Shown here piece by piece: positions 37,266 to 46,390 of a stretch of DNA of 64,000 bases (positions within the stretch are counted from its first letter, which is position 1; each line of letters begins with the position of its first letter). The translations under genes were made by a program, and so were the position numbers. The stretch comes from a virus. Its lineage: Duplodnaviria; Caudoviricetes. The notes beneath the pieces were generated by a model that saw only the letters and a program-made list of their open reading frames with translations, had not been told where the DNA came from and made no database searches. Where the stretch lies: positions 1,993-65,992 of IMG/VR virus record IMGVR_UViG_3300042997_000575; one strand, 5' to 3'.

Positions 37266-37543
37266 TGAAAGCAACAGCTAAATACTATGCTACTCATCCT
37301 GAGGCTCGCAAGAAACGTCTTGAGTATCAAGCCGACTATAACAAGCGACCTGATCAGTTAAAGAAACGCATTGAGTTAAATAAAATTAATAGAGACCGTG
37401 GGCAGTATGCTGATAAAGATGGCAAAGATATGAGCCATCAAAAGAATGGCCGTGTCATTGAGGAGTCGGCTAGTAAAAATCGTGGCTCAAAGTCAAATTC
37501 ACCGGGTGATGTAAGAAGTAGAGGGACTAAAAAGAAAAAGTAA
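37265..37543 (+). CDS. Basic protein, degenerate HNH / T7 gp7.7-like
   Basis: YNK...KKRIELNK...DGKDMSH...SASKNRG. Confidence 0.5.
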   Translation: MKATAKYYATHPEARKKRLEYQADYNKRPDQLKKRIELNKINRDRGQYADKDGKDMSHQKNGRVIEESASKNRGSKSNSPGDVRSRGTKKKK

Positions 37544-38004
37544 TGGCAAAGCAAAAAACTTTTGTAAGAGATTCATCATTTCCTTTAGCTGCCACTCAAT
37601 TTGAGACAGATGCTACATTTGTAAAACCAGCATCATCAAAAGGTTTTATATATGCTGATCCTGAAAAAGTTACTGTTAAGCGTTGGGCAAATGGCGAATA
37701 TAGGAATAATCCTGATGGTACTACTAGTACACATAAAATGGCTTCATTTGGTTCAGATAAAGAAGGTTTTTATGCAGCCCCAACTGTTTATCCAAAAGAT
37801 AGAAAAGGAACTAAATCTCGTGCGTCAAAAGATTGGTACGAAGCTCCAACTAAAGGATTTGCTTTTGCAGATACAGCTAAAGCTAGAGGTGAATTATATG
37901 GGCCATTTAAAACTCAAAAAATAGCTGATGATTTTTCAGCCAATGGATACAAAAATAAACCCATTCAATTAGCCGCTTCAAAAAAATTAGGAAAGAAAAA
38001 ATAG
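37543..38004 (+). CDS. Basic protein with N-terminal VRDSSFPLAATQF motif
   Basis: Starts MAKQK; later NPDGTTSTHKM domain. Confidence 0.75.
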   Translation: MAKQKTFVRDSSFPLAATQFETDATFVKPASSKGFIYADPEKVTVKRWANGEYRNNPDGTTSTHKMASFGSDKEGFYAAPTVYPKDRKGTKSRASKDWYEAPTKGFAFADTAKARGELYGPFKTQKIADDFSANGYKNKPIQLAASKKLGKKK

Positions 38005-38007
38005 TTA

Positions 38008-38015
38008 TATCTTTG
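38008..38015 (+). promoter_or_regulatory. Bacteroidota -7 box (TATCTTTG)
   Basis: Intergenic, upstream of the spike-base and lysis genes. Confidence 0.6.
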
Positions 38016-38036
38016 TAACTGAAAACAAATAAAAAA

Positions 38037-38300
38037 ATGGGAGTTTTAAATTATGTACAATCCGGTAGAGCTGCGGCAATCACCCCATCAGATACGGTCA
38101 ATATACCTAGTGTTTCGGGTGGTACGAATACCGAAGGATGTATTCTATACACAGGATCAGGAGGCACCATTAAGGTGATGACTATCGGTGGAGATATAGT
38201 AACATTTTTCTCAGTACCAGCTGGCCAAGTTTTACAAGTAAGAGTACTTCGTGTTTATGCCGAGGTGACTACAGCTTCTAACCTTGTTGCTCTTTGGTAA
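38037..38300 (+). CDS. Head spike base protein (RcGTA Rcc01079-like)
   Basis: AAAITPSD...LYTGSGGTIKV...VTFxxVPAG...RVLRV...TTASNLVALW. Confidence 0.75.
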   Translation: MGVLNYVQSGRAAAITPSDTVNIPSVSGGTNTEGCILYTGSGGTIKVMTIGGDIVTFFSVPAGQVLQVRVLRVYAEVTTASNLVALW

Positions 38301-38301
38301 A

Positions 38302-38475
38302 ATGACAGAAGACGATTTGAAAGTAGCATTCGTGAATACCCTTGCTCTCGCCATGTCGTTTGCGGAACTAGAAGTGTGGTTTAAAATAGCCCTAATGGCG
38401 GTAACTATTGGTTACACCATTACAAAATGGGTAATGTTATTTAAAGAGAAAAATGAGCGAATCAAAAATAAATGA
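38302..38475 (+). CDS. Holin-like membrane protein
   Basis: Hydrophobic helices, basic C-terminus, upstream of the endolysin; start revised. Confidence 0.55.
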   Translation: MTEDDLKVAFVNTLALAMSFAELEVWFKIALMAVTIGYTITKWVMLFKEKNERIKNK

Positions 38476-38767
38476 TTTTTTTAAACATAAAGGCGAATAT
38501 TCTCACACAAGACTCATTTCTATAATTGGGTCTTTTGTTATTTTCGGGGCTTTTATATATTACCCAGATAATAATGGCTTACAAAATTTAATGGCTATAA
38601 TTATATCAGCATCGTTAATAAATGCTACTGCATCTAAATTCTCAAAACAAATAAAATATGGTAACGAGCCAGCAAGCGATGAAGAAGTATGGGGTGCCGA
38701 GTGCGAGCAATACGAGCATGATCCTGTGGGACCTACCAAGCGAACTAGAAATAGGCGTAATTCCTAA
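38453..38767 (+). CDS. Holin-like two-TM protein
   Basis: LISIIGSFVIFGAFIYY and LMAIIISASLI; 3' end overlaps the endolysin by about 110 nt. Confidence 0.55.
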   Translation: MSESKINDFFKHKGEYSHTRLISIIGSFVIFGAFIYYPDNNGLQNLMAIIISASLINATASKFSKQIKYGNEPASDEEVWGAECEQYEHDPVGPTKRTRNRRNS

Positions 38768-39077
38768 ACGCATTTATTGCAATAAGGATATGGTTGGTCC
38801 ACTATCTAATGCCTTTAAAAAACTTATTGATACTAATTGTGTCCATGAATTAAAGACATGGGATGGATGCTTTAATATTCGTAAGAAGCGTGGCTTAAGT
38901 TCTATGAGCTTACACTCCTGGGGATTGGCTGTGGATGTAAATGCTTTTGAGAATGGGCTAGGACAGAATCCTAAGTTATCTAAAGAATTTGTAGAATGCT
39001 TTACAAGCTCAGGATTTGAATGGGGCGGAGTTTGGAAAAGAAAAGACGGCATGCATTTTCAGTTAGCTAAAATATGA
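38658..39077 (+). CDS. Endolysin, M15-family peptidase
   Basis: GCFNIR...SLHSWGLAVD...WGG...DGMHFQ (SxHxxGxAxD and H zinc ligands). Confidence 0.9.
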   Translation: MVTSQQAMKKYGVPSASNTSMILWDLPSELEIGVIPKRIYCNKDMVGPLSNAFKKLIDTNCVHELKTWDGCFNIRKKRGLSSMSLHSWGLAVDVNAFENGLGQNPKLSKEFVECFTSSGFEWGGVWKRKDGMHFQLAKI

Positions 39078-39535
39078 AAAATTTAAAGTACTTATTCGGA
39101 ATTTTGTCGATTTACTTAATATTTTCTTGCAAACCGTTACAAAATGTAACGGCTACAAAAGAAGTTATACGTATTGACACGGTCCGTGATTACAAAGTAA
39201 TTACAAAATATGATGCGGTGCATGACACGACTGTCATTGAGAACCCTTGCGATTCTGCTGGCATTCTAACGACTTTCTATAGTAAGATTAAGATACCACA
39301 AGGGCAAGTAATAATTCGTAGCGTACGTGGCAAGATTCAGGCCACAGTAAACATTGATTCAATTGCTCAAGTATATGACTCAAAGTATAAATCTATTGTA
39401 CGCAAATCTGCGGAGAATAAAGAAACTATTCTACGCATAAATACAATCCCTAAGTGGGCGATATGGGTAATGGCTATAGGAGCAATATTTACTTTCTTAT
39501 ATATTAGAGAGAAAGTTAGTATTTTTGTAAAATAA
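39074..39535 (+). CDS. Spanin, probably unimolecular (u-spanin)
   Basis: N-terminal lipoprotein signal (LIFS|C) and C-terminal TM (WAIWVMAIGAIFTFLYI), directly after the endolysin. Confidence 0.65.
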   Translation: MKNLKYLFGILSIYLIFSCKPLQNVTATKEVIRIDTVRDYKVITKYDAVHDTTVIENPCDSAGILTTFYSKIKIPQGQVIIRSVRGKIQATVNIDSIAQVYDSKYKSIVRKSAENKETILRINTIPKWAIWVMAIGAIFTFLYIREKVSIFVK

Positions 39536-39553
39536 CTACCAAAGAAAAAGCCA

Positions 39554-42500
39554 ATGGCCAGAATTAGTACATACCCAAATGATACCTATGTTATTGGTAT
39601 TGATAAATGGATCGGTTCCGATGCCAATAATAATAATATTACCAAGAACTTTACAGCTGATGCAGTAGCATCTTATTATAATAGAGTATCAAAGATTGAC
39701 ACAGGGTATTTCTCTTGGAATTTTGTTCCTGATTTAGCTCCTGCCGTTCAGTCATCAATGACATTTGAGAAAGTAGGCTGGACTAATAATACCATTAACT
39801 TAACAGGATTTCAAGGCGTTATTAGAGTATCTAACTTAACGCTTGCTAATACTGTACCAGGTACATTTATTGAGAACGAGTGGGTCAATAAAATTATATT
39901 AGCCCATATCCCTGAGAGTCCTAGCTTTTACGCATTTTATCAAGTAACAGCAGTAGCTCAAGATGGGTGGTTCTATTTACTGACATTGACATTTTTAGAT
40001 GGTAACAATACGGTTATCCAACAAAATGACCCTGTTGCCTTTGGTATATTCTCTGCGGTTGCAGGCACAAGTGGCACATCGGGCACATCCGGGACAAGTG
40101 GCACGACAGGCACTAGCGGTACAAGTGGCACTAGCGGTACGTCGGGCACCACAGGCACATCAGGGACTTCGGGAACAAGCGGTACGTCAGCGACAAGTGG
40201 AACGACAGGTACTTCAGGAACGAGTGGAAGCTCAGGCTCAAGTGCGACATCAGGAACGAGTGGTACAAGTGCCACATCGGGTACAAGTGGCACATCAGCT
40301 ACTAGTGGGACATCAGGTACGTCAGGCACGAGCGGTAGTTCAGGTAGTTCAGGGTCATCAGCTACATCAGGAACAAGTGGGACATCAGCGACATCAGGAA
40401 CTAGTGGAACAACAGGAACTAGTGGCACCTCAGGTACGTCAGGTACAACAGGTACAAGCGGTAGCTCAGGATTTACAGGAGATAGATATGCAACCACATC
40501 TACGACCACATTTACTTTAGGTAATGCAGGGACAATTACAGTTGGCTTAGATTTATCTTACACAGTTGCTCAATCTATTATCGTTGTTTATGATGCTAAT
40601 AACTTCCAAGAATGCGAGGTTATTGCTTATAATCCTGCAACGGGAGCATTGCAGTTTGCTGCACCAACAAGAACTGTTGGAGGTGGCACATATAGTGTTT
40701 GGTCTGTCAATCTTGATGGAGCAAGTGGAGGCGATGGCTCATCAGGTACAAGTGGGACAAGTGGTACGTCTTCTACTAGTGGAACGAGTGGGACAAGTGG
40801 TACAACAGGTACTAGTGGAACGACAGGTACTTCAGGCACAAGCGGAACGACAGGGGTAGATGGTACAAGTGGGACTAGCGGAACAGCAGGTACCACAGGT
40901 ACCTCAGGTACGACAGGTACAAGTGGAACAACTGGAACGTCAGGAACAAGTGGAACTACAGGAACAGATGGTACAAGTGGGACTAGCGGAACAGCAGGTA
41001 CTACAGGTACAAGTGGAACGAGTGGTACTTCGGGTACGACAGGGACAAGTGGTTCTTCAGGAACGACAGGTACATCAGGTACGACAGGAACCTCAGGCTC
41101 TAGTGGTACATCAGGTACGACAGGTACTAGTGGAACTAGCGGTACAAGTGGATCAGATGGCACAAGTGGAAGTAGTGGTATAGATGGAACTTCGGGTACA
41201 AATGGAACTAGTGGTACGTCAGGTACAACTGGAACTAGTGGAACTAGTGGAGCAGATGGGAACTCAAAAGGTCAGATTTATTATTTTAATCAATCTCAAA
41301 GTTCAGATGTAAGTCCATATAAGGTTTTATCAATAAATCCATCGGGTGCTGCTCAACAGACTGTGTCTAATGCGTTAGGTTCAAATCAGCAGAATAAATT
41401 AGTTAGTTCATTTTTAACTCCTGCGTTAGGCTTTGCGGTTATTCCTGCTGGTGTACAAACATTCCATAATCATTTTTTAAAGCAGGCATCAAACGACCAC
41501 ATACAAGTATATGTAACTATCGAGCTTGCTAACTCAGCAGGCGTAGGGTATGGTACGATATTGGCAACCAATACTGCTGAGATTGGATGGGTAAGTGCAT
41601 CAATTCCTGTAGAGACAACTACAGATTTAGTTTTGCCAACGACAACAATCCTGACAACTGATAGGATGATTGTTAAGATATATGTTAATAATAATGATAG
41701 CACAAGTCATACTGTCAATTGGTATACTGAGGGCGTGTCTTATTATTCATATGCAATTACATCCATTGCTCCTTCAGCAGGGACAAGTGGTACTAGTGGT
41801 ACATCAGGTACTTCAGGTGCTCAGGGTACAAGTGGGGCAAGTGGTAGTTCAGGTACTTCGGGTACGTCAGGTGCTCAAGGTACAAGCGGTGCTAGTGGTA
41901 CATCAGGTACATCTGGTACGTCAGGAGCTCAGGGTACGAGTGGAGCAAGCGGATCGTCAGGTACCTCAGGTACAAGTGGACTAGCAGGCACATCAACAAG
42001 AGTTGAGCAAAACTATACAGCCACAGCAGGGCAAACGACATTTACCTTCACAGGTGGATACACAGTTGGTCTTATAGATGTATATGTCAATGGAGTTAGA
42101 TATTTGCCTACAGACTACACAGCCACTAATGGCACGACAGTAGTATTAGGCATAGGGCTATTGGCAGGAGATGCTGTGACTATATTAAACTATACGTCAA
42201 GCATTGCAGCTTTGCCAACATCAAGAAACGTGCAAGACTTTACTGCAACAGCAGCACAGACTACGTTCACAGTTACTAATGGCTACATAGTAGGACTTAT
42301 AGATGTATTTGTTAATGGTTCAAAGTTAACTTCTTCAGAGTTTACAGCTACTAATGGAACGACATTTGTTCTTACAGTAGCTTCTACAGTAGGAGACCAA
42401 GTGCAGAGCATTAACTACACAGCAAGTGTTAATGGTATAAGTGGTGCAGGGACAGCTAACTATGTGCCTAAGTTCACAGCAAGTGGTACGATTGGAAATA

Positions 42501-43330
42501 GTTCTATTTTTGATAATGGAACTAATGTGGGGATTGGTACTGGTTCGCCAAATGGAGGATTAACTGTTGTAGCACCTTCTTCTTCTACTGCTATTAGTTT
42601 ATGGGGAAGGTCTACTGATAATTATTCTGCATTAAGATTTCAAAGTAATACAGGAGCAACCACTTATTCAACTATATATTCAGATGCCTCTAATTTAATT
42701 TTTGAAAACAATGGTTCAGAACGTATGCGAATTACCTCTACTGGGAACATAGGGATTGGAACGACTGCACCTAAATCATATGGAGTATTAACTATAAGTG
42801 GACAAACTATTGGATTAAGTAATATAGCAGTAGATGTTAATCAGGCTTTTAAACTTAACAATTATTATAATAGTAGTACTGGGACAGATAAAACTATTTC
42901 AACAGGATATGCAGCACAAATGGGTTTAGATAATTCAAATGGTGGATTAACATTTTCAAATAGTTCAAGTTCAGTTACAGCAGATGGTAATATTACAACT
43001 ACTGAACGTATGCGGATTACAAGTGGGGGAAATATAGATACTAAAGGTAATCCAATTTTTGCTCATAGTGGCTCAATTACTATAAATGGGACTTATCAAA
43101 CTATCTTTACTGCTGCTTCAAATTCAGTTTATTTAGTTTCAGTTAATACAAGCATAAGTGCAGGTGATGGTACTTATGGATTATTAATTGCCTTTAATGA
43201 AGCTGATAAGGTATGTGATTTAATAAGTGGAAATAATTTATCATTACAATTTAGTGGTGATAATGTTCAAATAAGGTCAAACAATAGTGCAGGATACGCT
43301 ACTACTTGGACTGCAACTCGTTTAAAATAA
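39554..43330 (+). CDS. Fibre protein with three Gly-Thr-Ser collagen-like tracts
   Basis: (G-T/S-S/T)n at about 40064-40480, 40718-41260 and 41780-41994; two TATAxQTTF...VxVNG domains; GNVGIGT/ERMRIT fibre repeats. Upstream TATTTTTG box at 39520. Confidence 0.85.
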   Translation: MARISTYPNDTYVIGIDKWIGSDANNNNITKNFTADAVASYYNRVSKIDTGYFSWNFVPDLAPAVQSSMTFEKVGWTNNTINLTGFQGVIRVSNLTLANTVPGTFIENEWVNKIILAHIPESPSFYAFYQVTAVAQDGWFYLLTLTFLDGNNTVIQQNDPVAFGIFSAVAGTSGTSGTSGTSGTTGTSGTSGTSGTSGTTGTSGTSGTSGTSATSGTTGTSGTSGSSGSSATSGTSGTSATSGTSGTSATSGTSGTSGTSGSSGSSGSSATSGTSGTSATSGTSGTTGTSGTSGTSGTTGTSGSSGFTGDRYATTSTTTFTLGNAGTITVGLDLSYTVAQSIIVVYDANNFQECEVIAYNPATGALQFAAPTRTVGGGTYSVWSVNLDGASGGDGSSGTSGTSGTSSTSGTSGTSGTTGTSGTTGTSGTSGTTGVDGTSGTSGTAGTTGTSGTTGTSGTTGTSGTSGTTGTDGTSGTSGTAGTTGTSGTSGTSGTTGTSGSSGTTGTSGTTGTSGSSGTSGTTGTSGTSGTSGSDGTSGSSGIDGTSGTNGTSGTSGTTGTSGTSGADGNSKGQIYYFNQSQSSDVSPYKVLSINPSGAAQQTVSNALGSNQQNKLVSSFLTPALGFAVIPAGVQTFHNHFLKQASNDHIQVYVTIELANSAGVGYGTILATNTAEIGWVSASIPVETTTDLVLPTTTILTTDRMIVKIYVNNNDSTSHTVNWYTEGVSYYSYAITSIAPSAGTSGTSGTSGTSGAQGTSGASGSSGTSGTSGAQGTSGASGTSGTSGTSGAQGTSGASGSSGTSGTSGLAGTSTRVEQNYTATAGQTTFTFTGGYTVGLIDVYVNGVRYLPTDYTATNGTTVVLGIGLLAGDAVTILNYTSSIAALPTSRNVQDFTATAAQTTFTVTNGYIVGLIDVFVNGSKLTSSEFTATNGTTFVLTVASTVGDQVQSINYTASVNGISGAGTANYVPKFTASGTIGNSSIFDNGTNVGIGTGSPNGGLTVVAPSSSTAISLWGRSTDNYSALRFQSNTGATTYSTIYSDASNLIFENNGSERMRITSTGNIGIGTTAPKSYGVLTISGQTIGLSNIAVDVNQAFKLNNYYNSSTGTDKTISTGYAAQMGLDNSNGGLTFSNSSSSVTADGNITTTERMRITSGGNIDTKGNPIFAHSGSITINGTYQTIFTAASNSVYLVSVNTSISAGDGTYGLLIAFNEADKVCDLISGNNLSLQFSGDNVQIRSNNSAGYATTWTATRLK
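40064..41994 (+). repeat. 9-bp-period low-complexity tracts encoding Gly-X-Y (about 130 triplets in three blocks)
   Basis: ggN acN agt/tcN codon repeats with synonymous variation, which indicates protein-level selection. Confidence 0.9.
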
Positions 43331-43338
43331 ATAATAAG

Positions 43339-44463
43339 ATGACAAAAATATCCAATCAATATAGTTTAACCAATATACTAACGGCTGATTTAGCAAATAG
43401 TCGTTTAGGGATAAATAATGTTAGCCCAACAGTAGCTTTGGATGTGACAGGGGCAGGGAAGTTTTCGGGAAATATAACTGCTGACGGAGGAACTCCTGTT
43501 GTTTTAACTGGAACAGGAACAGTTAATATATGGAACTCAAGAGTAATTTTAAGACAAAATGGAGCTGCATTAAATAGAGCAGAACTTTATTCAGATAATG
43601 GTATTCAGTTAACAACAAATTCAGGGTTTGGTGTTGTAATACCAAACGGCAACGTAGGAATTGGAACAACTTCGCCAAGTTCAATTTTAGATATTTATAA
43701 ATCTCAAAATACATCTACAACTTTTCTTATAAAAAATAATAATGCTGGAGCAAGTGCAGAAACTTATATTACTGCTTCAAATGGAACATATATTACAAGT
43801 ATAGGAACAAGGGGAACAGGAACAGCAGCATATTTAGGTTTAGATACTAATTCGGGAATGCTTAATTATGATGGAAATACTTCATTAACTATTAATGCGA
43901 CAAATCCAAGTGGGGTAATTAAATTTACTACTAATGGATTTACTGAACGTATGCGAATATTAGCTAATGGGAATGTGGGTATAGGAACTAGTTCTCCAAC
44001 TAATTTGCTTCAAGTAAATGGTACTGGTTATTTTAGTGGCAGTCTAGGTAGTGGTGGTACTATTAGTGGTAGTAGTGTAAGTGCTTCTGGGACTACAAGT
44101 GGTTCTAGCATAGTTGCTAACTCAGCAATAATTACATATAACGTACAGCAATATTATTATGGAAACACTTTTACCTTCACTCCTCCTAATGCATTAAACT
44201 CTGGTTCGTTTAATTCTGAGATGCGTATTTATTTGGTTTGGGTAATTGGAGTAAATGGTTATACAGAAGCAGGATTAAGAGTTTGGTTGATAGCAATGAA
44301 TGGAGGAGGTACAGCATATAATGCAAATGAACTTTTAGGAAGAGATGCAAATGGAGGAACAGGATTAAATATATCTAGGTCTTCAGCATCACAAATATCT
44401 ATTAACTCTAATAATAATGCTTTCATTAAATTTGTAAGTATCATGCAGTTAAATGCTTTTTAA
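43339..44463 (+). CDS. Tail fibre-like protein
   Basis: RLGINNxSP, GNVGIGTTSP and ERMRI repeats; start revised to MTKISN. Confidence 0.75.
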   Translation: MTKISNQYSLTNILTADLANSRLGINNVSPTVALDVTGAGKFSGNITADGGTPVVLTGTGTVNIWNSRVILRQNGAALNRAELYSDNGIQLTTNSGFGVVIPNGNVGIGTTSPSSILDIYKSQNTSTTFLIKNNNAGASAETYITASNGTYITSIGTRGTGTAAYLGLDTNSGMLNYDGNTSLTINATNPSGVIKFTTNGFTERMRILANGNVGIGTSSPTNLLQVNGTGYFSGSLGSGGTISGSSVSASGTTSGSSIVANSAIITYNVQQYYYGNTFTFTPPNALNSGSFNSEMRIYLVWVIGVNGYTEAGLRVWLIAMNGGGTAYNANELLGRDANGGTGLNISRSSASQISINSNNNAFIKFVSIMQLNAF

Positions 44464-44483
44464 TAGAAAACAAATAATATATT

Positions 44484-45551
44484 ATGTCAAAAAATACTAA
44501 TTTATCCTTCCTGACAGATTACATTACTGCCGACATCACCAATGGTAGAATTGGTATTAATAACGCTTCGCCTTCATATGCTTTTGATGTGACAGGAATT
44601 GCTAGGACAAGTACGTCAGCGTATTTTGCAACTACTAGTGGGTCTGTGGGAATTGGGACTACGAGTCCAAGTTCAAAACTTCAAGTAGCAAATGGAGATA
44701 TTAATATTCAAAATGCTAATCAAACTACTGGAGATTTTAGTCAAGCTCAATCTTTAATATTTTCTCAAGAAACTGCAATTACTGGAGCAAGTATAAAAGC
44801 TATTAGGGAAGCATGGAGTTCAATGCCTTTTGCACTAACATTTTTAACAAATTCAGTTGCATCATCGCTTACAGAAAAAATGCGAATTACAAGCATTGGT
44901 AATGTAGGTATTGGAACTACTGATCCTCAAAAGTTATTACATATAGCTAATACATCTTCTGGAACTACTACAGATGCTTTAATGTTACAAAATGGTGGCA
45001 ATACTTCTAATGTTGCTACAGGTACTAGATTAATATTTAAAATTGGGGGGTTTGCAAGTAATCAAATTAATACTTATGCAACTATTGATGCAGTTATTAA
45101 TGGAGAATCAGCAATAGATTTATTATTTAAAACACCAAGCTATGGTATATTATTTCCTCCAAACGAAAGGATGAGAATCACTGGAAGTGGTAATGTAGGA
45201 ATAGGAACAAGTAATCCTGGATACGCACTTCAAGTTGCTGGAACTACAGTTGCAAGTAATTTCTTTAGTGCAACTGGAACTCAACTTATTCAAGTAAATA
45301 CCTGGACAACATTTTATACATTAGCAGCAGACCAAGGTATGTATACAATATCAATAGGTTTAGGAGAAAATGTGTTTGCAACTTGGTATGCTTATGGAAC
45401 AGTTTTTTCAGCATTTACTATATGTATATTTCAATCACTTACTAATGGAACATTAGTTCAAATGAGATTATCAGGAATGGATGTACAAGTTCTTTTGGGG
45501 TCTGGAGCAAGTTTTGCTAGAACCCTAAACTATAAAATTTTAAGGTCTTAA
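44484..45551 (+). CDS. Tail fibre-like protein (paralogue of 43339)
   Basis: Shared N-terminus LTxxxTADxxNxRxGINNxSP; three GxVGIGT repeats. Confidence 0.75.
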   Translation: MSKNTNLSFLTDYITADITNGRIGINNASPSYAFDVTGIARTSTSAYFATTSGSVGIGTTSPSSKLQVANGDINIQNANQTTGDFSQAQSLIFSQETAITGASIKAIREAWSSMPFALTFLTNSVASSLTEKMRITSIGNVGIGTTDPQKLLHIANTSSGTTTDALMLQNGGNTSNVATGTRLIFKIGGFASNQINTYATIDAVINGESAIDLLFKTPSYGILFPPNERMRITGSGNVGIGTSNPGYALQVAGTTVASNFFSATGTQLIQVNTWTTFYTLAADQGMYTISIGLGENVFATWYAYGTVFSAFTICIFQSLTNGTLVQMRLSGMDVQVLLGSGASFARTLNYKILRS

Positions 45552-45569
45552 ACAATAAACAATAAATAT

Positions 45570-45605
45570 ATGACAAACTTTTTTTGGAGCGTATATCAGC
45601 TCTAA
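45570..45605 (+). pseudogene. 11-codon relic (MTNFFWSVYQL*) of the 5' end of gene 46391
   Basis: Matches MNTNYFWSVYQL of 46391; both are preceded by ACAATAAACA. Confidence 0.75.
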
Positions 45606-45625
45606 AATAAATTAAATTTAAACTA

Positions 45626-46378
45626 ATGGCATTCGTTTATAGACATATTAGATTAGACACAAATCAACCTTTTTATATTGGGATAGGAAAGGATGAGCGT
45701 TATTATTTTAGGGCGACTAAAAAAAGCCAAAGAAATATACATTGGAAAAGAATTGTAGCTAAAACTGATTATAGGGTAGAAATACTTATGGATGATATTA
45801 CCTATGATGAAGCTAAAGAAAAGGAAATTGAATTTATAAAATTATATGGAAGGATAAATTTATCGAATGGACCTTTATGTAATATGACTGATGGAGGAGA
45901 AGGCAATTTAGGATATGTAGCTACAGAAGAAACTAGAAAAAAGTTATCTAAATCTATAAGCGAATGGAATAAAAATAGAGTAAGAAGTGAAAAAGAAATT
46001 GAATCTTTATCACAAAGAATGAAAGCATTCCAAAATGACCCTGATTTTATAAGAAAGAAAAATGAAGGATTAAGAAATAGCGAAAAGTTAAAAGCATTTA
46101 ATGCTTTAAGAAAAGGACTTCCTGGTATAAAACATACTGAGGAAACAAAATTAAAAATGTCGTTAGCAAGAATTGGTAAAAAAGTTGCAAAAGAATTTGT
46201 TGACAAAAGATCAAAAAAGATAACACAAAAAACATTGTCAGGTGAATTTATAAAAATATGGGATTCAGCAAGAGAAATTCAAAGGGAACTTGGATTATCA
46301 CAAGGCAATATATCTAGATGTTGCAATGGGGAATACAAGAAAGCTAATGGATATAAATGGGAGTATTATAAACAATAA
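45626..46378 (+). mobile_element. Free-standing GIY-YIG-like homing endonuclease with NUMOD3/NUMOD1 domains
   Basis: VYRH...FYIGIG...R...EKE...NMTDGGEG; HTEETKLKMS (NUMOD3); IWDSAREIQRELG...ISRCC...ANGYKWEY (NUMOD1). Confidence 0.85.
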
Positions 46379-46390
46379 ACATATATAAAA

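Noticed and set aside
39973-41984. Long alternative-frame and antisense ORFs (VPLVPLVP..., QVQVAQ...)
   Set aside because: By-products of the 9-bp-period Gly-Thr-Ser tracts; no start context.
40064-41994. Possible CRISPR array or tandem DNA repeat
   Set aside because: Codon-level repeats with synonymous variation inside an ORF; no fixed repeat-spacer structure and no cas genes.
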